From positions 1 to 26,219 of the forward strand of contig JARRQT010000014.1 in NCBI GenBank assembly GCA_037381445.1: a stretch of DNA of 26,219 nt, given 5' to 3'. This document shows, one piece after another, positions 1-8,895 of this stretch (its first letter is position 1; every line of letters begins with the position of its first letter). The position numbers and the translations under genes were made by a program. The DNA is from Calditrichia bacterium (lineage in GTDB: Bacteria > Calditrichota > Calditrichia > RBG-13-44-9). The notes beneath the pieces were generated by a model, which saw only the letters and a list, made by a program, of their open reading frames with translations, had not been told where the DNA came from and searched no databases.

Positions 1-1
1 G

Positions 2-220
2 GCGCAACGCCGTCCCCGTGCCATCGGTGAAGAAAAGATGATTGGGGATGAGGCAACTGTTTACAATTTTGAAAAGGGCCGGCTGACAGTCACCTACCGG
101 GGGGATATCTGGAATGCAGTTTCTTCGCAAAAACTGCACCGCGGACAAAAAGTGAGAATCGAAGCAGTGGAAGGATTGACACTGCATGTCGGCCCTCTTC
201 CCGATGAGAAGAAATCCTAA
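2..220 (+). CDS. NfeD-like protein, C-terminal OB-fold (5'-truncated by window edge)
   Basis: Frame is open from nt 2 (AQRRPRAIGEEKMIGDEATV...GDIWNAVS...GQKVRIEAVEGLTLHV*). The G-x-E-x-M-I-G, G-x-x-W-x-A and V-x-I-x-x-V-E-G-L-T-L-x-V pattern is typical of the NfeD C-terminal domain. Confidence 0.8.
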   Translation, partial: AQRRPRAIGEEKMIGDEATVYNFEKGRLTVTYRGDIWNAVSSQKLHRGQKVRIEAVEGLTLHVGPLPDEKKS

Positions 221-357
221 AGGGCATTGGAGCACGAAAACAGGCTATCGAAAGACTCAAATATATCAGGCTTTTCCTGTTAGTGAGCCGGGACCCTGGG
301 TGTTGTCCGGTTCAAAGAATATCAGTATGGCAATGCAAAAGAAACAGGCCCGATACG

Positions 358-1311
358 ATGACGGCGGCTCTTGCACTGATCTACTCATTTCTTTTTGGTC
401 TGCTGCACGGCATCTTGCCCGATGAGCACACCTGGCCCATTACTTTCAGTTAGGCCATTGGCGGCGCCAGCGGAAAAGAAGGAATAGGGGCGGGATTATA
501 TTTTTCAGCGGGCACTCTTGTCCGAGGCGGCTTACCTGGCGCCGGTTCCCGTTCTGCTGTCACCCGCGGTGAATAGCATTGTGTATATTATGGTAGGATT
601 TGTGATGGCGGTAGCTGGGATCATCGTTGTTCGGCGGAATAAATATCCCCATTTTCATATGCTGGCGCATCATCATGAACATCCTGAGGAAATGGAAAGA
701 ACCGGGCATCTTTTCAGCCACGTCCATTCCACCCCGAAACCATTGTCATCCGCTCCGCCCATGCGCTGGACGAGAATCCACGGTTTCATTGCCGGCTTTG
801 GATTCGGAGGCTTTTCCCTCTATATCAATACCATTGCCGCACCCAAAATGCCTAATGCCTGGATGGCTTCCTTCCCGGCCTGCTTTTTGGGCTGGGCACC
901 ATGATTGTTCTTGTGAATACCGGTTTCCTTTTCGGCGCTTCCCTGAGATGGACGAAAACCTTCAGCGAAAAAGAAATCAAGCATATCGGGTCCCAAACCG
1001 GGGGCAGAATCCTGTTTTTTGGCGGACTGCTTTTCCTGGCCTTTGGAATTGCTACCTTGACGGGGCTGGCAGAACATATTCCCATTGATATGGGTTACAT
1101 CCACATCGGCCTATTCATGATCATCGTGGCAGTGCCCGCTTTCGTTTATTCCGTGAAAGAAGTATTGAGCGCCAGAAGGCGCCTCTCCCAAGACCTTTCA
1201 TCATTTTGGGACATAAAAATTTGCCCCGAATACCTTTTCCGGATCTATTTTTCTGTACAAATTTCCTTATTCATTGATATTCTTCATCTGACCTTCATAA
1301 ATAAATTTTAG
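358..1311 (+). pseudogene. Disrupted His-rich membrane protein, nickel/cobalt transporter (NiCoT/RcnA/UreH superfamily)-like
   Basis: From ATG 358 it reads MTAALALIYSFLFGLLHGILPDEHTWPITFS, then an in-frame TAG at 451-453, then AIGGASGKEGIGAGLYFSAG. A frameshift near 511-518 leads into ORF 518-904 (TM helix, His-rich loop HFHMLAHHHEH, HGFIAGFGFG). A second frameshift near 865 restores (G)FLPGLLFGLGTMIVLV, continuing into ORF 901-1311 with further TM helices. Confidence 0.75.
1283..1298 (+). promoter_or_regulatory. TTCAT-N6-TTCAT direct repeat (candidate transcription-factor site), copy 1
   Basis: TTCATctgaccTTCAT with an 11-bp period, in the AT-rich region about 245 nt upstream of the sugar porter. 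The same arrangement occurs at 4178 and 8717. Confidence 0.4.
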
Positions 1312-1541
1312 AATGGTAACGCGATGGGAAAAATCCCCTCGCCCATTACAAAAAAACTATTTACCTTTTTATTCATCAATCTGGCCTCATGACCAGGTTC
1401 CGTTTTCCTGTTTTCACTTTCAAAGAGAAATTTCTAGGGGAATTAGTTCCTCAATTAAAATGATTCAGGTAATGAAGATTTTAGTCCACAAACCATAACT
1501 TTCACTCACAAGCAAGCTGAACTTTAGCTGGGAGGGGGGAG

Positions 1542-3035
1542 ATGAATAAAGATCAACAGCGAAAAGAGAAGAAGGAAGTGTTGGGTTCCAACGCTGCTGA
1601 GGTAAAACGTGGTGAAGACCGCGGTTTCGTCATCGGGATATCGATCATTGCGGCTATGGCAGGCCTCCTGTTCGGTTATGATACCGGAGTCATTTCCGGG
1701 GCGCTGCTTTTTCTGAAAAAGGACTTTGCGCTGGGGACCGGCATGCAGGAAATCGTCACCAGTATTGTTCTGGTGGGAGCAGTTATTGGCGCTGCTTCCG
1801 GAGGCTGGATGACAGACAAGTTCGGCCGCCGAAAGAGCATCTTCATTATTGCCATTCTGTTTGTAGGCGGCGCTATCTGGACTTCTCTGGCGCCCACCGT
1901 TGCCTGGCTGATCATCGGACGGTTTATTGTTGGATTTGCCATAGGCGTCGGCTCATTTACCGGACCGCTCTACATTTCCGAAGTAGCGCCGCCCAGCGTC
2001 AGGGGCTCTTTAGTTTCCATCAACCAGTTGATGATCACTTTTGGCATCCTGGTTTCCTACGGCGTGGATTTCGCTCTTGCGGGGGGAGGTGCCTGGCGAT
2101 GGATGTTCGCGCTGGCGGCCATACCCGGCTTTATTTTGGCGGTAGGCATGCTTTTTCTGCCCACCAGTGCCCGCTGGCTGGTACGAATGAACAGAAAGGA
2201 AGAGGCCCGGAAGGTCCTGCAGCGGGTCCGAAAAGTCCAGGATGTCCAGAAAGAACTGGATCAAATTTCTGAACTGGAAAAACTGCAAAAGGAAAGCAAA
2301 GGCGTCCTGCGGGAAAAATGGGTCCGCCCCGCTCTGGTTGTCGGCATTGGCCTGGCCATCTTCCAGCAAATTACCGGTATCAATACCATCATTTATTACG
2401 GACCGACCATTTTCCAGTTTGCCGGAATTGCCTCCGCATCATCAGATATTTTCGCCGAATTAATCGTTGGCGCAGTCAATTTTCTGATGACCATCGTTGC
2501 GCTAATTTTAATTGACCGGGTGGGAAGACGTCCGCTCTTATTATGGGGTCTGGTAGGAATGACCATCTCCCTGATTGTGCTGGGACTGGCGTTTCTTTAC
2601 TCCGGCACCGGTAATACCCTGGGTTATGTTGCCATCGCCTGCCTTATTGTTTACATAGGGTCCTTCGCCGTCGGTTTGGGGCCGGTGTTCTGGCTGCTGA
2701 TTTCCGAAATCTACCCGCTGCGGGTGCGCGGCCGGGCCAGCGGCATTGCCACCATTTTCAACTGGGGATTTAATCTGCTGGTGACGCTGACATTTCTCTC
2801 ATTAACGCAATGGATTGGCCGCCCGGAGACTTTCTGGGTTTATGCTTTCTTTGGGGTAGTCACCTGGTTCTTCGTGTACTATTTGGTTCCGGAAACCAAA
2901 GGTCATACACTGGAAGACATCGAAAAATTCTGTACACGAGAAGGTGACCGCCGGTCGGACCCTGCCCCCTGTACATATCAAAACTTCCGGCGCCGCTTTT
3001 TCCCTTTCCAGAGACAGTGCGGGCCGGAATTTTGA
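1542..3035 (+). CDS. Sugar porter family MFS transporter (GalP/XylE-like), with probable non-native C-terminal tail
   Basis: GLLFGYDTGVISGA, DKFGRR, PLYISEVAP..RG, QQITGINTIIYY, DRVGRRPLL, ISEIYPL..RG, VPETKG motifs; about 12 hydrophobic segments; purine-rich RBS upstream. Confidence 0.92.
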   Translation: MNKDQQRKEKKEVLGSNAAEVKRGEDRGFVIGISIIAAMAGLLFGYDTGVISGALLFLKKDFALGTGMQEIVTSIVLVGAVIGAASGGWMTDKFGRRKSIFIIAILFVGGAIWTSLAPTVAWLIIGRFIVGFAIGVGSFTGPLYISEVAPPSVRGSLVSINQLMITFGILVSYGVDFALAGGGAWRWMFALAAIPGFILAVGMLFLPTSARWLVRMNRKEEARKVLQRVRKVQDVQKELDQISELEKLQKESKGVLREKWVRPALVVGIGLAIFQQITGINTIIYYGPTIFQFAGIASASSDIFAELIVGAVNFLMTIVALILIDRVGRRPLLLWGLVGMTISLIVLGLAFLYSGTGNTLGYVAIACLIVYIGSFAVGLGPVFWLLISEIYPLRVRGRASGIATIFNWGFNLLVTLTFLSLTQWIGRPETFWVYAFFGVVTWFFVYYLVPETKGHTLEDIEKFCTREGDRRSDPAPCTYQNFRRRFFPFQRQCGPEF

Positions 3036-4075
3036 TTTCCCTGTTTGGATTGGTTGCCGGCATCAGCCAGCCGTTCACCGGCGCGGTCATCGACCGCCTG
3101 AATCGGCGGAAACCATTTGTGGTTGGCGGCCTTTGTCTTCTTGCCGCCGCGACCGTTGCCTTTGCTGTGGCCAGCCAATTTTTTCATGCGCTCATTTTCC
3201 GGGCCATACAGGGCCTGGGTCTTGCCATTACCATCCCGCCGACCATGGCGCTTCTCACCAATACCACCAAGCAGGAGTCACGGGGCGGCTCCATGGGAAT
3301 TTTCAGTACTTTCCGGGTGGCAAGCCTGGCGGTCGGCCCTCTGCTCGGCGGGTTTCTTCATGATCATTTCGGATTTAATGTCACATTTTTCACCGGCGCG
3401 GGTTTTATGCTTCTGGGTGCTCTCATGGTTCAGATCTGGGTTAAGGAAGTGAGGGCGGATACCTCCCCACAGGAAAAGAAATCATTTAAAATCATTGACA
3501 CCAGCCTGCTCTCTCCCGGCATCGTTTCTCTGGGATTCGCCACCTTTGTAATGGCTCTTTCCTTCGGCATGATCGCTCCGTTGGAACAGCAGTTTAATTC
3601 CCGCCTGAATGAAACCGCCACCGCCTTTGGGGTCGCCTTCAGCGCGCTGATGGTTACCCGAATCATTATACAGATACCCATCGGTCATCTATCCGACCGC
3701 AAGGGACGAAAGAGACTTATCGTCGGCGGACTGATCCTGATGGCGATCGCTACCATCCCCATCGGACTGGTGACCTCCACCTGGGAACTGGCCGGTTTAC
3801 GGGCGCTGCAGGGTATCGCCTCTGGCGCCATTGCGGCGCCGGCCTTCGCGCTGGCCGGAGACATCTCCTCTTCCGGCGGCGAGGGGCGGCAAATGAGCAT
3901 CATAACTATGGGCTTCGGTTTCGGCATCGCCCTAGGAACGCTGATGGCAGGAGTTCTGGCGGTCATTGCATTCGCCCTTCCTTTCTGGGTATCCGCCTTT
4001 ATTACATTCATTGCTGCCTGGGTGGTGTATCACAATGTGCCGGAAACAATTAATCAGAGTGCCTCTCCGGATTGA
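2966..4075 (+). pseudogene. MFS transporter (DHA1-like) lacking its N-terminus/TM1; probably truncated
   Basis: The frame of ORF 3017-4075 extends upstream as PLYISKLPAPLFPFPETVRAGILISLFG, back to a TGA at 2945-2947. Motif A (GAVIDRLNRRK; GHLSDRKGRKR) follows only one TM helix and there is no RBS or start before PLY. Only about 370 codons remain, overlapping the upstream gene. Confidence 0.65.
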
Positions 4076-4177
4076 AAGTTATTGAATAACCCTATGAGCA
4101 GCAAAAATCGCCATGCCGCCGGATCCATCCTGCTGTCCACGGAAATCATGAGATGGCAACCCATCACAGCGGACGGT

Positions 4178-4197
4178 TTCATTAAATCTTCATAAAA
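4178..4197 (+). promoter_or_regulatory. TTCAT-N6-TTCAT direct repeat, copy 2
   Basis: TTCATTAAATCTTCATAAAA matches 8717-8736 at 19 of 20 positions; it lies about 185 nt upstream of the MFS gene at 4382. Confidence 0.55.
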
Positions 4198-4381
4198 ATG
4201 AACTATATCTTTCAGGAAAGTTAGCGTTTTTATTCATAACCTGCAGTCTCAGATTCCTGGCACTTAAAGAGGATGGGCTCTGCCGGATTTGGCAGATCAC
4301 CTGCAATTTACAGTATTTGGACTTGTTTAAGAGCATTATCGGGCAGTAAGCCGTTTGCAGATTTAATCGTGAAAAACTGAC

Positions 4382-5851
4382 ATGAGTGAATCCGAAAAAT
4401 ACAGGGCTTTCAAAACGCAAACACCGGCGCGAATGGACCGTCTGCCATGGAGCAGATTCCACTGGACCGTTGTGATTGCTCTGGGCATAACCTGGATATT
4501 GGACGGCCTGGAAGTGACCCTGAAAGGAGCCATCAGCGGTGTTTTGCAGGAGCCCGGAACGCTCCATTTTACAAGTGCCCAGATCGGAATGATTGCATCT
4601 TTTTATCTGCTCGGGGCTGTGCTGGGGTCTCTCTTCTTCGGGTATCTCACGGACCGCCTGGGCCGCAAAAAACTTTTCTTCGCAACACTGACCGTTTACC
4701 TATGCGGTGCTATGCTTACTGCTTTTTCCTGGAGCCTGTGGAGTTTTATTCTTTTCCGCTTCATTACCGGCTCCGGGATCGGAGGCGAATATGCCGCCAT
4801 CAATTCCGCTATTGATGAACTGATTCCGGCGCGCCTGCGCGGCAGGGTAGATCTCATCATCAACGGCAGCTACTGGGTCGGCGCCATGATCGGCTCCGGC
4901 TCAACAGTCTTCCTGCTCGACCCCCATATTTTTCCCGTCGACCTTGGCTGGCGGCTGGGGTTTGGCATCGGCGCGTTTCTGGGGCTCTTCATTCTCCTGC
5001 TTCGAAAGCGGGTGCCGGAGAGCCCTCGCTGGCTGGCGACCCATGGCTATCGCGAAGAAGCTGAAAAGGTGGTACAGGAAATCGAACACCAGGTTGAGAA
5101 ACAGACCGGTAAAAAGTTGAGAATGCCGGACAAATATCTAACCATACATCCCAGAAAAAGCTTTGGTTTCGGGATCGTCGCCCACGCCATGTTCAAAAAA
5201 TACCGCACCCGCTCGGTTCTGGGACTTTCTCTCATGATATCGCAGGCGTTTTTGTACAATGCCATTTTCTTCACGTATGCACTCATTCTAACCCGCTTTT
5301 ATAATGTATCACCCGATATTACCGGACTCTACCTGCTGCCTTTTGCAGTTGGCAACTTTCTGGGCCCGCTTCTGCTGGGCCGGTTTTTTGATACCATCGG
5401 GCGGCGCCAGATGATTTCGGGGACTTACATCTTCTCGGCGCTGCTGTTGGCTTTCACCGGATATTTGTTCAATGCCGGAGATCTGGGAGCCACCAGCCAG
5501 ACCGTTATGTGGTCAATCATATTTTTCTTTGCCTCCGCAGCCGCCAGTTCCGCTTATTTAACCGTCAGCGAAATATTCCCGCTGGAAATCCGTGCCATGG
5601 CAATCGCTTTCTTTTATTCCATAGGAACGGCTGCGGGCGGAATCGCCGCACCCTGGCTGTTCGGAACACTCATCGGCACTGGTTCCCGCTCCAACGTTTT
5701 CTACGGCTACCTGGCGGGAGCAGCTATGATGTTTGCTGCCGCTCTTACGGAAATCATTTGGGGCATCAGGGCAGAACAACAGTCACTGGAAAATGTTGCC
5801 GCTCCGCTCTCACTTGAAGAGGAGAACGACCGGGTTTCACATGCGGCTTAG
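4382..5851 (+). CDS. MFS transporter (sugar/organic-acid transporter-like)
   Basis: RMDRLPWSRFH, WILDGLE, GYLTDRLGRKK, GIGGEYAAINSAIDELIPAR.RG, PESPRWL, VSEIFPLEIRA motifs; 489 aa with about 12 TM segments. Confidence 0.92.
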   Translation: MSESEKYRAFKTQTPARMDRLPWSRFHWTVVIALGITWILDGLEVTLKGAISGVLQEPGTLHFTSAQIGMIASFYLLGAVLGSLFFGYLTDRLGRKKLFFATLTVYLCGAMLTAFSWSLWSFILFRFITGSGIGGEYAAINSAIDELIPARLRGRVDLIINGSYWVGAMIGSGSTVFLLDPHIFPVDLGWRLGFGIGAFLGLFILLLRKRVPESPRWLATHGYREEAEKVVQEIEHQVEKQTGKKLRMPDKYLTIHPRKSFGFGIVAHAMFKKYRTRSVLGLSLMISQAFLYNAIFFTYALILTRFYNVSPDITGLYLLPFAVGNFLGPLLLGRFFDTIGRRQMISGTYIFSALLLAFTGYLFNAGDLGATSQTVMWSIIFFFASAAASSAYLTVSEIFPLEIRAMAIAFFYSIGTAAGGIAAPWLFGTLIGTGSRSNVFYGYLAGAAMMFAAALTEIIWGIRAEQQSLENVAAPLSLEEENDRVSHAA

Positions 5852-5925
5852 CGACCGATCAAATGCAGATCTACCCAGGATTGTCAGGAGAAATCGAAGT
5901 ATAGAAAAAAGCTAAGGAGAAATCG

Positions 5926-7467
5926 ATGAAATCATTACCATGGTATGCTTTCATGCTTTTTATTGTTCTTTCAAGCGGATGGAATTATGCGTTTGCCCAG
6001 GATCAGGCACCGACTGCAACCGCCGCAAAAGAATCTCCGAGAGCCTCAAAAGTGGCGGAACCGGTAACCACTTCCCATACTTTGAAAATTGACGGGGAAA
6101 CTCTTAAATATACCGCCACTGCCGGCTTTCTGCCCCTTAAAGATGATTCCGGCAAGCTGGAGGCAAATATGTTTTTTGTCGCATACCTGAAACAAAATGG
6201 AAGCGGGTCGGCAAATCGTCCGCTGACCTTTGCTTTCAACGGAGGCCCGGGCGCTTCCTCCATCTGGCTGCACCTGGGCGCGCTGGGCCCCCGGCGTGTC
6301 GTGCTGGCAAACAACGGGACGGCTCTGCCGGAAAAGGACAAGCTGATCGACAATGAATACACCTGGCTCGATTTCACCGATCTGGTATTTGTCGATCCGG
6401 TGGGTACCGGCTACAGCCGGGCGGCCGAGGGAGTAAACGCCGACCAATTTTACAGCGTAGAAGGCGATATCCATTCCAATGCCCGTTTTATCCGGGAATA
6501 TATTACACGTTACCAGCGCTGGATGTCCCCTAAATTTATTGCCGGGGAAAGCTATGGTACAACCCGGGCCGCAGGATTATCGAAATACCTGCAGATTCAA
6601 ATGGGAATCAATCTGAAGGGCCTGGTGCTGCTTTCTTCAGTGCTGAATTTTCAAACCATTTCCTATCAGGGCGGCAACGATCTGCCGTACGTGCTGGCGC
6701 TGCCTTCATTGACTGCCGCGGCATTTTACCACAAAAAGCTTTCCACAGATTTGCAGGCCGATTTCCTGAAAACCATGAATGAGGTACAGGACTGGGCGGC
6801 AAACAGTTATTTTACAGCCCTGGGAAAAGGGGATCAATTGCCGGACAGCGAAAGGAAGGATATTGTCGCAAAGCTGGCCGCTTACACCGGTCTTCCGGAA
6901 TCTTACATCAAAACCAGCAAGCTACGCATCAGCACCTATCGATTCATAAAAGAACTGCTGCGCGACGAGGACCAATCGCTGGGTCTATTGGACAGCCGGG
7001 TAAAAAGCTACGACATTTCACCAACCGGGGAGTATGAGCGCTTTGACCCGGCGATGTTCCTGGTGACCGGGCCTTTCGTGGCCCCTTTCAATGAATATAT
7101 CCGCAAGGATCTCAAATTTGTCACGCCTATTCCCTACAAGTTTTTATCCATGAGCGTAAACGAAGCCTGGAAATGGGACATCGGTGGACAGGGCTACCTG
7201 AATGTAGCCGAACGGCTGGCGGAGGCCATGACCCTGAATGATCATCTGAAGGTGTTTACGGGTTCGGGTTATTTCGATCTGACCACCCCCTTTGCGTCGC
7301 AGAAATATACATATAATCATCTGGGTATTAATCCGGAATTGCGGGCCAATATGACGCATATTTTTTACCCTTCGGGACATCAGATCTATACCGATATCCC
7401 TTCTTTGAAGAAGCTGAAAAGCGACGTGGCCGGTTTTTATCAGGCGTCAGCCGCATCATCTGATTAA
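5926..7467 (+). CDS. Secreted serine carboxypeptidase, peptidase family S10
   Basis: Signal peptide (..AFA-Q), FNGGPGASS, VDPVGTGYS, catalytic GESYG, GYFDLTTP (Asp), SGHQIY (His); RBS AGGAG. Confidence 0.92.
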   Translation: MKSLPWYAFMLFIVLSSGWNYAFAQDQAPTATAAKESPRASKVAEPVTTSHTLKIDGETLKYTATAGFLPLKDDSGKLEANMFFVAYLKQNGSGSANRPLTFAFNGGPGASSIWLHLGALGPRRVVLANNGTALPEKDKLIDNEYTWLDFTDLVFVDPVGTGYSRAAEGVNADQFYSVEGDIHSNARFIREYITRYQRWMSPKFIAGESYGTTRAAGLSKYLQIQMGINLKGLVLLSSVLNFQTISYQGGNDLPYVLALPSLTAAAFYHKKLSTDLQADFLKTMNEVQDWAANSYFTALGKGDQLPDSERKDIVAKLAAYTGLPESYIKTSKLRISTYRFIKELLRDEDQSLGLLDSRVKSYDISPTGEYERFDPAMFLVTGPFVAPFNEYIRKDLKFVTPIPYKFLSMSVNEAWKWDIGGQGYLNVAERLAEAMTLNDHLKVFTGSGYFDLTTPFASQKYTYNHLGINPELRANMTHIFYPSGHQIYTDIPSLKKLKSDVAGFYQASAASSD

Positions 7468-7486
7468 TAACGAACATCGGTCCTTC

Positions 7487-7527
7487 GCCGGATAGGATTC
7501 TCTGCTCGATCCTTATCGGCTTGATTT
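7487..7527 (+). terminator. Possible intrinsic terminator after the S10 peptidase
   Basis: Imperfect inverted repeat GCCGGATAGGAT / ATCCTTATCGGC followed by TTGATTT, a weak U-tract. Confidence 0.3.
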
Positions 7528-7716
7528 GACAGGCAGGTGAGAGAACACGCTCGGCAAGGATAGCATATAAAAGAAACAGGAATTTTTCAAGAATTTGTAT
7601 TTTTCAGATGTTTTTCCGGAAGTCAGGTATGCGGACTACGCAGGAAAACAACATGATTCGTCACAAATCAGGATTGTATAACATCAAAGCTGAGCAAATG
7701 TCAGGAAGGAGCCACT

Positions 7717-8436
7717 ATGCAGAATATTACAAATAGCACGGAAAACCTTTTCGCCAAAGCGCCTTTCCGGCGCCGGGAGCAAATTATCGAGGTGCTGGTT
7801 TTTATTTTTCTCATCGCCCCCAGCATGGCCTTCTCCTTTTTTGCGGTGAAACAGGGTTCGGTCGGCTTTCCACTGGTGGCAATTGCCACTATTTTACGGG
7901 ATCTGGCGTTGGTGGCGCTGGTACTGTTTTTCATCTGGCGGAACAGTGAGCCAGTGCTAAGAATCGGCTGGACCGGAAAAAATGCGCTGGGGGAACTGTT
8001 TTGGGGAATCATTTTATTCGTACCAATGTTCTATGCTGCGGGGGTATTGGAACGAATCCTAATTTCAGTCGGATTTACCACGCCCTCCACACCCTTGCCA
8101 TCTCTGGAGGCCACCGGTGGCATTTATGAATCCATTCTTGGTTTCTTTCTGGTGGTCATCGTGGCTTTTTCCGAAGAGACAATTTTCAGGGGATATCTGC
8201 TTCTGCGCTTCACCGGCATTTTTTCCAGCACCACATTTGCAGTGATCCTTTCCGCCTTCATTTTTTCCCTGGGACATGGGTACGAAGGAACCGCCGGCGT
8301 AGTGACCGTCGGTTTCATGGGGCTGGTATTTGCCATTGTCTACCTGTGGCGCGGCAGTCTGATCGCTCCCATGGTAATGCATTTCTTGCAGGATTTCATC
8401 GGTATCGTCCTACTGCCGTTAGTGGGAGGGAAATAA
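7717..8436 (+). CDS. CPBP family (CAAX/Abi) intramembrane glutamic endopeptidase
   Basis: EETIFRG, FSLGH, and MHFLQD motifs in a polytopic membrane protein; RBS GGAG. Confidence 0.9.
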   Translation: MQNITNSTENLFAKAPFRRREQIIEVLVFIFLIAPSMAFSFFAVKQGSVGFPLVAIATILRDLALVALVLFFIWRNSEPVLRIGWTGKNALGELFWGIILFVPMFYAAGVLERILISVGFTTPSTPLPSLEATGGIYESILGFFLVVIVAFSEETIFRGYLLLRFTGIFSSTTFAVILSAFIFSLGHGYEGTAGVVTVGFMGLVFAIVYLWRGSLIAPMVMHFLQDFIGIVLLPLVGGK

Positions 8437-8716
8437 GTCAAGATTATCAAATATGAATTATAACCTGACAATTTCTCGATCCGGCAACGATGTTGAACTG
8501 ACAGCGATTATTATCAGAAGAAAACAAAAGAATTTTCTTATTCCCGGAAAGGCGGGTTTCTGCCCGGAAGCTTATCCGGATGACACCGGGTTATTCCTTT
8601 TCTCCAAATTGCAGTCGGAAAACCAGCATGGCTTTTTGGAACTTTCATTTCCTGTTTCAGCGCGAAAGCATATCATATTTACTGATCCCGGCCGCTGAAT
8701 TCCTTTTCCATTCATA

Positions 8717-8748
8717 TTCATAAAATCTTCATAAAAGTTTCTTAAATC
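8717..8748 (+). promoter_or_regulatory. TTCAT-N6-TTCAT-N6-TTCTT triple direct repeat, copy 3
   Basis: TTCATaaaatcTTCATaaaagtTTCTTaaatc with an 11-bp period, about 150-180 nt upstream of the MFS-ackA-ATPase-xfp run. Confidence 0.55.
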
Positions 8749-8895
8749 TGATCTAGTAAGAAAGATTCAGGCTGATAAGGAATGTTTTATAAAAAAATTA
8801 AATTACCGTAATCATCAAAAATATTAATGCCAATGCTTTTGCAGGCAACCCTTTTAAAAATTGATGCAGTGACGGGCAGAATTTCGAGGTAATTT

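Noticed and set aside
186..425. 79-aa ORF overlapping the NfeD end
   Set aside because: No recognisable motif or RBS, and it overlaps both the NfeD C-terminus and the pseudogene's true frame.
451..453. In-frame TAG as possible pyrrolysine or stop-codon readthrough
   Set aside because: The same gene carries two frameshifts, TAG ends other genes here normally (5851, 14065, 17436, 22782), and no pyl genes are visible.
8453..8698. 81-aa ORF between the CPBP gene and the DHA2 MFS
   Set aside because: No family features or convincing RBS; probably intergenic DNA or an unidentifiable remnant.
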